The notes below the pieces were generated by a model. It did no database searches and was not told the origin of the DNA. It saw nothing but the letters and a program-made list of their open reading frames with translations. 64,000 bases of DNA from a virus: the IMG/VR virus record IMGVR_UViG_3300031759_000010. The stretch is one strand, 5' to 3'. Position numbers and translations under genes: made by a program. Below, piece after piece: positions 1-8,400 of this stretch (positions are counted from its first letter, which is position 1; every line of letters begins with the position of its first letter).

Positions 1-135
1 CCGGCGACGGCTCCGGCTCCGGCTACGGCTCCGGCTACGGCTCCGGCTCCGGCGACGGCGACGGCTCCGGCGACGGCTCCGGCTCCGGCGACGGCTCCGG
101 CTACGGCTCCGGCTCCGGCGACGGCGACGGCTTTA
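1..135. repeat. Tandem hexanucleotide repeat (GGCTCC / GGCGAC / GGCTAC units) running off the left window edge
   Basis: Read directly: uninterrupted 6-nt units from nt 3. Plus frame 3 translates as (Gly-Ser/Asp/Tyr)n. Confidence 0.9.
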
Positions 136-152
136 TCATCTTGGAACCATAA
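1..152 (+). CDS. C-terminal end of a (Gly-X)n repeat protein, 5' truncated by the window
   Basis: Frame 3 is open from nt 3: GDGSGSGYGSGY...GDGDGFIILEP, then TAA at 150-152. No start is visible because the gene begins outside the window. Confidence 0.4.
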   Translation, partial: GDGSGSGYGSGYGSGSGDGDGSGDGSGSGDGSGYGSGSGDGDGFIILEP

Positions 153-375
153 CCACGACACCCGCTGCACTTCGTGTGTGGCGGGTGTTACAAGGAAAGC
201 GCATGAGCGGAGACTGCCTGTTTCTGGCCCTGGGCGAGAAGGAGAGATGAATGACAAGAGCGCTTACAAGGTTTTTGTCCGGCCTGATGGCTGCCGGGGT
301 ATGGCTTTCGATCCTCGCCGCTTTGTACTTTATCGAATTCTGTGTGTTGTATGGATGGGGATGGTGGAGGAAATT

Positions 376-609
376 ATGACTGACGACGCGAATAACATTG
401 GCGAGGCCACTGAAGGCCAGAAGGCGAAGACAAGACCATGCAGGTGGTTCGAAGGACACGACTGGATCTACCTGGGCATCAATCCTGCCGTATACGGGAA
501 AAGGGGACCATTCGATCCTCGCACCGACGAAGAGAGAACCTATATGGCAAAGACATATGTTTTCTCTCAGTGTGGAGATAATAAGGAAGAGCCATTGCAG
601 GAGTTTTGA
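376..609 (+). CDS. Hypothetical small protein
   Basis: ORF 178..609. The best-supported start is ATG 376, preceded by GGTGGAGG with 5-nt spacing. No recognisable domain. Confidence 0.4.
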   Translation: MTDDANNIGEATEGQKAKTRPCRWFEGHDWIYLGINPAVYGKRGPFDPRTDEERTYMAKTYVFSQCGDNKEEPLQEF

Positions 610-708
610 TGCGTATAACAGCGAAAAGATGCAGCCAGAAAGTCTTTAGAGCCATACCTGGCGGAGCTAGGGTACAGAAGTGCAACCGCGCCGGAGAGGT
701 TTTGGAGG

Positions 709-966
709 ATGGCAGGTGCTGGTTCTCTGGCAGGACCATGCCGAACGCGAGCCAAAACGCCTGCCAGCGCATATCCGCTTCCGCATGACCTGTTGATGGA
801 ATACGGCGAGTCGTGCCTCATTGTCAAGCAGTGCGAGGATATGGAATCACTCGATCTGCTAACCACCGAGCAAAAGGCTTGGGGTGGTCAATGTCTCATG
901 GTCAAGAAACTCATCGAGCGCATCGCCGAACTTGAGTACAAGTCTAACAATGAGGGCCTTGACTGA
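709..966 (+). CDS. Hypothetical small protein (start uncertain)
   Basis: 85-aa ORF co-oriented with neighbouring small plus-strand genes. No clear RBS. Confidence 0.3.
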   Translation: MAGAGSLAGPCRTRAKTPASAYPLPHDLLMEYGESCLIVKQCEDMESLDLLTTEQKAWGGQCLMVKKLIERIAELEYKSNNEGLD

Positions 967-990
967 GAAGTTGAGAGAGGGGAAAACAGA

Positions 991-1200
991 ATGACAGCCA
1001 CCGAGGCTATGGACAAAGCCCTGCAAACATTTGGGCGGAGGGCGCACATCTCAGACCGTTTTTGGAGGGAAGACCCCAATCAGAGGTTTTTGGTAACGGA
1101 CTGCGACGAGATCTATGGCATAGGTGCATCCTGGGAAGCTGCATTTGAGGATGCACAGAGCATCACACTGCGAGACAGGACACTTCGGGGAGAGTTATGA
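991..1200 (+). CDS. Hypothetical small protein
   Basis: 69-aa ORF with GAGAGGGGAA upstream of the ATG. Its stop overlaps the next start (ATGA at 1197-1200). Confidence 0.5.
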   Translation: MTATEAMDKALQTFGRRAHISDRFWREDPNQRFLVTDCDEIYGIGASWEAAFEDAQSITLRDRTLRGEL

Positions 1201-1448
1201 ACAGGGAACAGATTGAAACCCTCACAGCCAAGAATCATCGCTGTAACCGCAAGACTTGCACCTGTAACTGTGAACGGAGATTTTCCCCAAATGGCGCTAT
1301 GATTATCGGCCCGGACCCGCGAGCATGTGTCCCATGCAAGCACTACGTCGGCGAGATCATTCCAGAACCAGGCAAGAAGACCCGTGAATGGTATCAGGAG
1401 AACGATCCGCAATCACTGGTGGATTCGATAAACGGGGCCAACATCTGA
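1197..1448 (+). CDS. Hypothetical Cys-rich small protein
   Basis: 83-aa ORF, ATGA-coupled to the upstream gene. Contains CNRKTCTCNC and CVPC cysteine clusters. Confidence 0.5.
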   Translation: MNREQIETLTAKNHRCNRKTCTCNCERRFSPNGAMIIGPDPRACVPCKHYVGEIIPEPGKKTREWYQENDPQSLVDSINGANI

Positions 1449-1499
1449 GCCGTAAATCTGAGGTTCGAGGTTGGTGGACAGGGTAACGGAGGAGTGAGC

Positions 1500-1676
1500 A
1501 TGGCCTATCATTTGCCGATGTTGCGGATTCGCTGCGAGTGGTGCAAGTTGCTCTTTTCTTGGCATCCGCAGATGGTTGATCTGTGCCGTAAGGGGATTCG
1601 CCGTTGCTGTGGACCGGCTTGCAGCGCAAGGCTAATCGTATGGGAGAAGTCGAACCGACCTAACAGGGTAAGATAA
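1500..1676 (+). CDS. Hypothetical zinc-ribbon-like small protein
   Basis: ORF 1494..1676. ATG 1500 is preceded by GGAGGAG. Cysteine pairs CEWC and CCGPAC. Confidence 0.45.
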   Translation: MAYHLPMLRIRCEWCKLLFSWHPQMVDLCRKGIRRCCGPACSARLIVWEKSNRPNRVR

Positions 1677-1749
1677 GTGTTACCGCAGACAGCGAACCCC
1701 CGGCATAGCCGAGGGCTGCTGAGAGAAAAGAATAGTTTGATGGGGTAGA

Positions 1750-2133
1750 TCAAACCCCAGACCAGTAGGATTCCATGGCAATGCCGATCTCCTGCCGGAT
1801 AAAGTCATCCAAAGGCATGCCAGCCTGCTGCGCCCAGTCATGAACGAGAAGAACCTGGTCGGCGTTTATCGTGACAGGCAGGGTGATGCTTCCATCCGGC
1901 GACGATGACGATCCCGCGATAGGTTTGGCTCCATGCTTGAGAATTGCAACCTGGGCTATCGCCTGATCCCTGGATGACCTTGCCGCCTCCAGCTCTTCGC
2001 GCAGCAGGCGTATTTCCTCAACAGCCAGATCTGGGACCAGGTGAGACCTTTCTTCCTCGTCGCGCACCCTAGCCATCTTCTCCGCAATCTCCGGTGTAAC
2101 CTCCACAAATGAAGCACTGGACCGTCTCGACAT
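1750..2133 (-). CDS. Hypothetical protein
   Basis: 127-aa ORF with GGAGGA just upstream of the ATG. Convergent with the plus-strand small genes. Confidence 0.55.
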   Translation of the reverse strand: MSRRSSASFVEVTPEIAEKMARVRDEEERSHLVPDLAVEEIRLLREELEAARSSRDQAIAQVAILKHGAKPIAGSSSSPDGSITLPVTINADQVLLVHDWAQQAGMPLDDFIRQEIGIAMESYWSGV

Positions 2134-2144
2134 CTATCCTCCAA

Positions 2145-2342
2145 TCACCGCGAACGCGATGACCCTCTCTTCTTATGATTGCGCCTGGCTGCACGTTTAT
2201 TCTTGAGAACCACCGCGATCCTTTGCCGGTCAGCCCTCTTTTTGCCGAACTTCTTTTTGGTTCTCGCGTAGGTCTTGCCCTTGCCGAACTCGCGGAAATT
2301 ATCCTTGGTTGCGGATTGCGATGAAGACTCGATCAACGGCAT
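2145..2342 (-). CDS. Small highly basic protein
   Basis: 65-aa ORF with AGGAGG 5 nt upstream of the ATG. Lys/Arg-rich sequence. Confidence 0.5.
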   Translation of the reverse strand: MPLIESSSQSATKDNFREFGKGKTYARTKKKFGKKRADRQRIAVVLKNKRAARRNHKKRGSSRSR

Positions 2343-2375
2343 AACCGCCTCCTGCGAGGATTATATCCCGAACCC

Positions 2376-2852
2376 CTACGCGGAGACAGGGTTGGAGATG
2401 TTCTGGTATTGTCCCAGCAAAGCCTCCATCGAGTGTCCCCCCTGCCCATATGAGTTTCCAGGTAGAGAGGCCCAGATGTTCGAGCAGGCCTCAATGGCCC
2501 CCTGCACATCCCCGGACTCCACCAATGAGACTGCCCCGCGTTCCCTCATCTGCTGAATAGCGACCGCATCCTGGCTGGCAGGAGAGTAGTCGGGAAGATG
2601 CAGTTGCGCCTTATACACATTCCAGTACCGGGCAAGCAACTGATAGCGTCCAGCGGCGGTCGAGATGAGACCTGGACGCACCGTCACCGCGCCGCCGTGG
2701 GCGAAGGGATGGTCTGTATAGTCGGTGAAAATGGACGGCCCGTTGACGCCGGTCACAATCACATCGTAACCGTTGTTTTGGGTGATGGGGCTGGTGCTGG
2801 TGCCCTCCGACCAAGCCACAAGGTCGAGAAACGCTTTCAGTTTTGGATCCAC
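2376..2852 (-). CDS. Endolysin, lambda R-type lytic transglycosylase (GH104-like)
   Basis: KAFLDLVAWSEGT...GYDVIV...TAAGRYQLL...SQDAVAIQQ...CSNIWASLPG aligns by eye along lambda R. GTG start at 2852 gives 158 aa, the same length as lambda R, and removes the overlap with the upstream gene. Confidence 0.9.
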   Translation of the reverse strand: MDPKLKAFLDLVAWSEGTSTSPITQNNGYDVIVTGVNGPSIFTDYTDHPFAHGGAVTVRPGLISTAAGRYQLLARYWNVYKAQLHLPDYSPASQDAVAIQQMRERGAVSLVESGDVQGAIEACSNIWASLPGNSYGQGGHSMEALLGQYQNISNPVSA

Positions 2853-2880
2853 AGAAACTCTTTCCCGCCGCCTGCATCTC

Positions 2881-3573
2881 CTACTTCGCCAGTATCGCGA
2901 CCTTCCACGCAATCTCCAAGCCTGCCATGATTTTCTGCCAGGCAGTCATAGGGCGCGGATGGTCAATCGCCTCTTCCACATGGTCGGACACGCGCTTGCC
3001 GTCCTGCATGATGCTATCCCCTGAAACCGTCATACCTTCCACATGCTGCAAGGTGCGCGGAATGGCCGGATCTGTCACCACCACATCCGCGTCCTTCACG
3101 AAGCCACGAAATTGGCTCAGGACGGGCGGCAGGGCCTCCAATGACTGTTTCCCCTCCCGAAGGTCGGCCGACGCCTCTCCGGTCAACGTGGTGAGCCCCA
3201 TGGCCACCGTATGCAGGTCTGCCGATGCCGATGTAAGGGCGGCGGTCGCCCCGGAAATAAGCGCTCCGGTTTGTCTCACCTGGGCCGCTGACTGACCCGC
3301 CATAATGCCGATATTCTTTTCCGTCTGGCTCAGTTGGGCGATAGGGCCACAGGTCTCTGATCCATGGAACCCGGTGCAGGGCGCGTCAATCTGGTCCAGG
3401 GTTGCGTCCAGCTTGGCGGAGGTGCCGCTGATGGCCTGTAGGGTAACGGTAGCCTGTCGCCCGGTTGCCGCCCATTCCTGCATGGTAAAAGCCGCGTAGT
3501 AGCAGACACCTATGATGGAGAGCAGGGTGAGACAGCAACAGATGCCGATGACGTTTTGTAGGCTGCGATTCAT
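2881..3573 (-). CDS. N-terminally membrane-anchored protein, possibly lysis-associated
   Basis: ORF 2881..3606. ATG 3573 forms an ATGA overlap with the HNH stop. Hydrophobic segment VIGICCCLTLLSIIGVCYYAAF. Lies immediately upstream of the endolysin. Confidence 0.55.
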   Translation of the reverse strand: MNRSLQNVIGICCCLTLLSIIGVCYYAAFTMQEWAATGRQATVTLQAISGTSAKLDATLDQIDAPCTGFHGSETCGPIAQLSQTEKNIGIMAGQSAAQVRQTGALISGATAALTSASADLHTVAMGLTTLTGEASADLREGKQSLEALPPVLSQFRGFVKDADVVVTDPAIPRTLQHVEGMTVSGDSIMQDGKRVSDHVEEAIDHPRPMTAWQKIMAGLEIAWKVAILAK

Positions 3574-3998
3574 TGCCTCATACCTCTGCGATATTTTTCG
3601 AACCAAAATTCTACGGGTGTTGGGTCAATAATCAACTTCCCGAACCTCATCAGATGGCGAACATGTGAGTATGTTTTGATTTTTGGGACGCTTCTGGCAA
3701 AGTACGCAAGCACTTGCCGAAAACCCTCTACATCTGATGCCCCCTTCAAAATGTTACAGGCCACGCATGATGGATATAGGTTTTCTCGCCTGTCATTTTG
3801 CGGAGCAAAGAGTTTGCCGGTGGAGCGCATGTTGGGGTAATTCGACCGAGAAACTTCTCCTGGCACATACACGCTCTCCCGACGCACAGGTTCTACATGG
3901 TCAAGATGCCATTTTCCGCTCAGCTCATCGCCGCAGTATGCACATTTGCCGCCAAACATTAAGCGTATAGATTCCCGTTCCGTGGGGCTTATTCTCAC
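3570..3998 (-). CDS. HNH endonuclease
   Basis: CAYCG...HLDHVEPV...N...CVACNILKG is an HNH/zinc-finger signature. The start (GTG 3998 or ATG 3959) is uncertain. Confidence 0.8.
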   Translation of the reverse strand: MRISPTERESIRLMFGGKCAYCGDELSGKWHLDHVEPVRRESVYVPGEVSRSNYPNMRSTGKLFAPQNDRRENLYPSCVACNILKGASDVEGFRQVLAYFARSVPKIKTYSHVRHLMRFGKLIIDPTPVEFWFEKYRRGMRQ

Positions 3999-4159
3999 TC
4001 CTTGCCGCCTTTGTGTTCACTGGAGCACCGCTGGGCGAGTCGTCCATACCGAGCAGGGAGCGCTAAACTATCGGCTCGTCACAGCGTTACCGCTCAGAGC
4101 CTTTACCCCAAACCACCTTCGCTCCTAGGTGATTAGCATCCCTCGACTCGCCACAGCCT

Positions 4160-4195
4160 AAAAAGACGGGCGGCACCGTCCCAAGCGCCGCCCGT
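4160..4195 (-). terminator. Rho-independent terminator
   Basis: On the minus strand: 9-bp stem ACGGGCGGC/GCCGCCCGT followed by CTTTTT, just downstream of CDS 4211..4633. Confidence 0.6.
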
Positions 4196-4210
4196 GTGGA
4201 GGGGTGCAAC

Positions 4211-4633
4211 TTAGGCCGCAGGAATTGCTGCTGCAATCGCTGCCGCAATCGCGTTCACTTCGCCGACGATCTTTGTCACCGTGGAAACCGACTTGGGGTT
4301 TTTGACGCCAGTATCTGCCAGCAATGTGCTGAGGTTCGATGCCACTGCGCTGAAGACGCTTGCCACGCTGGGCGTTGCGCCGAAGTCGTTAATCAGGCCG
4401 CTGGCTGCGGTGAGATCCGATTGTACTGTTCCGATGATCTTGGCAACCAATGCGCCAGCCGGTTCCCCCGCCTCAAGGGTGACGACGGTTTGCAGGGCGG
4501 GCCCGGCATAGGTCAGGACGGTATCCACGACGCGCTCGATGGTTGGCGCAACGCCTTCGAGCTTGAGAAGCTCTTTCTCGGCCCACGCCGCGAAAGTATG
4601 TTCTGCGTTTACGATGTTGCTGAAGATGCTCAT
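4211..4633 (-). CDS. Hypothetical Ala-rich protein
   Basis: 140-aa ORF with GAGAGGAA upstream of the ATG. No recognisable domain. Confidence 0.55.
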   Translation of the reverse strand: MSIFSNIVNAEHTFAAWAEKELLKLEGVAPTIERVVDTVLTYAGPALQTVVTLEAGEPAGALVAKIIGTVQSDLTAASGLINDFGATPSVASVFSAVASNLSTLLADTGVKNPKSVSTVTKIVGEVNAIAAAIAAAIPAA

Positions 4634-4661
4634 ATTCCTCTCGATTCCTGTTACGGTTTTG

Positions 4662-4886
4662 TTACGGTTTAGGGCTTGGGTCAGACTTCACGCCAGGCAA
4701 CGGTGAGGCCTGAAGATACCCGGCGGCATGCACGAGAGCCAAGGCCCCGCACACCTCCGCCAGCTTGCCGATTCCCTGATGGAAGTTGAATGTTGTCGGG
4801 TCCACCACAATCAAAGCAACACCACCTGCCGCTGCTGAAATGGTAGCCGAAATAAGCCCTCTGAGCCAAATTAAAAAAGTCTGCAT
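4662..4886 (-). CDS. Holin-like small membrane protein (two predicted TM segments)
   Basis: ORF 4662..4928. ATG 4886 is preceded by GGAGAAAG. Hydrophobic stretches LISATISAAAGGVALIVV and LAEVCGALALVHAAGYL. Lies in the lysis neighbourhood. Confidence 0.5.
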   Translation of the reverse strand: MQTFLIWLRGLISATISAAAGGVALIVVDPTTFNFHQGIGKLAEVCGALALVHAAGYLQASPLPGVKSDPSPKP

Positions 4887-5001
4887 TTCTTTCTCCGTTT
4901 CCGTAAACACCGCCAGCAAGGAACCCAACCCCCACTGGTTTCGTATCCGCCCTTATTGTCGCACTCGCGGCAGATAAACAGCGATCTCAGCCAGTTCAAC
5001 A

Positions 5002-5352
5002 TCACCCGCACTCTCCGAACGCTTTCAAAATAGCGCATACGCTGAAGGGATGAGACACGAAGTACAGGCGCGGAACTCTCAGCATGGTGGTTTTGCCGCG
5101 CACTTCGAGACTGGTGAAATACAGCGTCAGGGCGGCGATCAGAATTCCAAGCAAGCCCGCAATCACTTTTCCCCAAAACACGGATGCGCTGCCATAAGCC
5201 TTGATCTCGGCGAGAGAAACATCGACATTTTGAATATGCTCCACCAGTCCCTCCTTTCCGTTCCCGTTGATAGCCCCGTGTAGCTGTTTGAGAGCCATTT
5301 TCACAGTCCCCCACTGCTCCTCAAAAGTGCCCTCAATCTCCAAATCAGCCAC
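5002..5352 (-). CDS. Membrane protein (holin/antiholin candidate)
   Basis: 116-aa ORF with GTG start after GGAGAG. One clear TM segment, VFWGKVIAGLLGILIAALTLYF. Confidence 0.45.
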   Translation of the reverse strand: MADLEIEGTFEEQWGTVKMALKQLHGAINGNGKEGLVEHIQNVDVSLAEIKAYGSASVFWGKVIAGLLGILIAALTLYFTSLEVRGKTTMLRVPRLYFVSHPFSVCAILKAFGECG

Positions 5353-5434
5353 ATTGGCTCTCCGTATCTATTCTCTACCCCTCCCCGGTTTCACGGCGCG
5401 ATTACTGCACTTGCGGGGTAGTTACAGCTCCACA

Positions 5435-8400
5435 CTACTGAGACAGCTTCGATGCCTGCACGAGAATCGCGTTACCCTGCGCCCCGCCCAGGCTTCCTCC
5501 TGTGGTTGTTATTGTGGTTGAGCAAGCGCTTCCGCTCACATAGGTCCAACTGGTCGGCTCCGATGTATAACCGTACCCCGTATTCAGCATGGTAAATCCG
5601 GTTACCGCACCACTCGACACGTTCACGGTCAACTGGCCATTGGATCCACCGCCGCCGCTTGCTGCCACCACGCAGGTTCCCGTTCCGGTCGGAGTGCCGC
5701 CGCTTGAGTAGGTGGGTATTCCGATGCCCGTTGCCGTGAAATTGAATCCTGTGAGTAGGGTCTTACTGCCGCTGATCGCCACAGGCGCCTTCGTGCTCGG
5801 ACCGCAGGAACCAGCTCCGCTTTGCAGCAGTGATTTCTGTGTTGCAATCACCGAGGTCGATGACGGGAATGTGAGATCCCATGTCACCTGTCCGCCGCCT
5901 CCCGATTGGCTGGTGGGCAACGAATTTGAAAAATTGCAGTTGAAGATCACCGTGTGAGAACCAGCCGTGCCGTAATTCGAACTCACGATCAAGCTCGGTG
6001 CGGTGGCGGTGGTCCACTCGGCAAATTGCACAGTGTTGGAGTATGTTGCGTTCGCGGCCGGAGTCAACGTCGGCGCGTTGTAGGAGGCGTAGACGTAGTT
6101 GCCAGCCGCATCCGACGTGTTCGCGCATCCCAGAAAGATCGTTCCGCCGCTGCTCCACGTTCCACCGAGGGAAGCAAAGTTCAACGTGTTACTTACCACC
6201 GAAGTAACCGCGTAATAGCTTGTGCCGCTTGTATTCAGACCCGCCGGAGACGCCCCCGTAACACCAACCAGCGATCCAACTACAAACGCCGGAGGCAGGG
6301 AGCCAACCGTCAGGCTGGTTGCCGTTCCCCCCGTAATCGCCGTCGAGGCAATGCCTGTATCCGATCCACGGGCGCAAATCAAGTCACCGCCCGCAAATGT
6401 CACGGTGGGAGTGACCGCCGTGACCGCTGTCGCGACATAGGCCGTGGTGGCTATCTTTGTGCTGTTGTCACCGGCTGTTTGTGTGGGAGCCGTCGGAGAC
6501 CCGGTAAGGGCCGGACTGACCGCCGCTACTGGAGATCCGCTCCCTGTTGTGGCTGTTACCGTGGCCGTGCCCGATGCGAAAACGGGGACGCCTGTCGCCG
6601 ATCCATTGTTTGCCCCGAGCCCTCCAACCGAGGTGGGCACCGCGCTTGCCGCCACAGCCAGCGAGGGCGTAGTGGTGGAATTGGTGACGGTGGGAACAAG
6701 CCATGTCGGCCAGCTCCCCGAAGGAGCCGCAAAGCTGGTGAGCGCAGAAGAATACTGCGATACCGCTCCAAACCCAGGATATGTCAGCGACGTTTGGGAG
6801 CTGATGAACATGTCATCGATCCACACGGTCCCAGGAGCATCGATAAACATCGTCATTCCAGCCCCCGAGTCTGTTGCGCTTGACACGCAGGGCGTTGAGT
6901 AATAGGTCCATACCGTTGTGCTTTTGACAGACACTACGCCCGCGCAATACTGGTTTGTATTGCTGGTGTTGATCAACCTGACAGTGACTCCCTCTGAACC
7001 ACCATCCCCCTTCATCCAGAAAGACAGGATGTATTGCTGCCCGGATGTTACGTTGATTGAACCCTGATAAACGCTCGCATAGGATCCGCCGGTCATGGTC
7101 AACTCCTGCGAGTAGGAGCCGGTCACAGCGTTGGCGGCCGTTGTGGTAACCACCGTGATCGTGACAGGGCTTCCGGTGCAGGTTGCGGTGCCGCTGGTGC
7201 AGGTTGCCGTGGTTGGTGGTGACGTGCAACTACTTCCGCTTCCCGTAATCACCGCGCTGCTGAACGAACCGCTCGACAGTGTAACAGTAGCCGTTGCTCC
7301 AGAGCATCCGTTATTGAAGTTGGTCAGAAGGATTGTTCCCGATCCCGAAAAACCTCCACCTCCGCTTACTCCAGTTACTGACGCCAGTTCCAACGTTCCA
7401 TCTTGCAGATAGGTGCAGCTTGCGCCCGTCCCGCAGTATCCGGCCCAGCTTCCACCATAGGACGTAGTTCCTCCCGATGCGGTTGCGGTAATGCCTCCAC
7501 TCTCGAATCCGTTGTTCGTGAGCAGGTTGGCGTTGGTCAGATAGGCGGGGCTGAGTGCGGAGGTTACAGGGAGGCCCGACACATTTGTGCTGTATGTCGG
7601 AAGCCAGGTCGCGTTTCCGTTGTACCCACCGGCACCCTGTGTTGATGAGGTGATCTGCACATTGTTTGCTTCGTCATTGATAATCAGATGGCTATTGCGG
7701 GCCGTGGTGTTCGTAGCCGATGTTCCAAGATTGCCGCTGGCAACATCCACGCAATAGGCTCCATCGGAAACCGTTCCCGCCTGCTCCGCACAGGTGGTGC
7801 GAATGAGGTTGACCGCTCCAATGCCGGATCCCACCCTGATATAGGGAACCGTGTTCTTGTTGGTTAGCTGGGTGGTTGGACCTTCGGAATATGTGTTTAT
7901 GAAGCTAAGTTCCTGGGTGTAATTGTTGCCCTGAATGTAAAGGGCATACTGGCCGAATGGAGGGTGGGTGGTCTGAAGATTGCGGAACCACAGTCCGGCC
8001 GTATAGCTGCCGGTGAGGGTGGAGGTGATTGTGACCGTTGCCGGGCAGGTCGCTGTTCCGCTGGCGCAAGTGGCGGAAGTCGGCGCATAGGAGCAGAGGT
8101 TTCCTGAAAGATTGGTGACTGCCGACAGGAAGTTACCACTTGAATCCAATTGAACGGTTGCGGTCGATCCGGCGCATCCATTGTTGAAGTTGCTCAGGGT
8201 CACATATCCAGGCCCCGCCAATCCGCTTCCACTTATGCCGGTGACGTGGTTAAGACCAACCTTGCCGATGATCGTCGTGGGCATGCTGTTTGTCGAAGAC
8301 GAACTGTCACATGTCACGCTGTCGAACGAGGCGGAAGTAGAGACGTCATAAAAAGCGCACGATGGAGCTGTCTGAGTCAGAACGCCAATCTGCGAGAAGT

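Noticed and set aside
1680-1750. Bidirectional terminator at the convergent junction (GGGGT-AGATCAA-ACCCC).
   Set aside because: The stem is only 5 bp and there is no clear U-tract on either strand.
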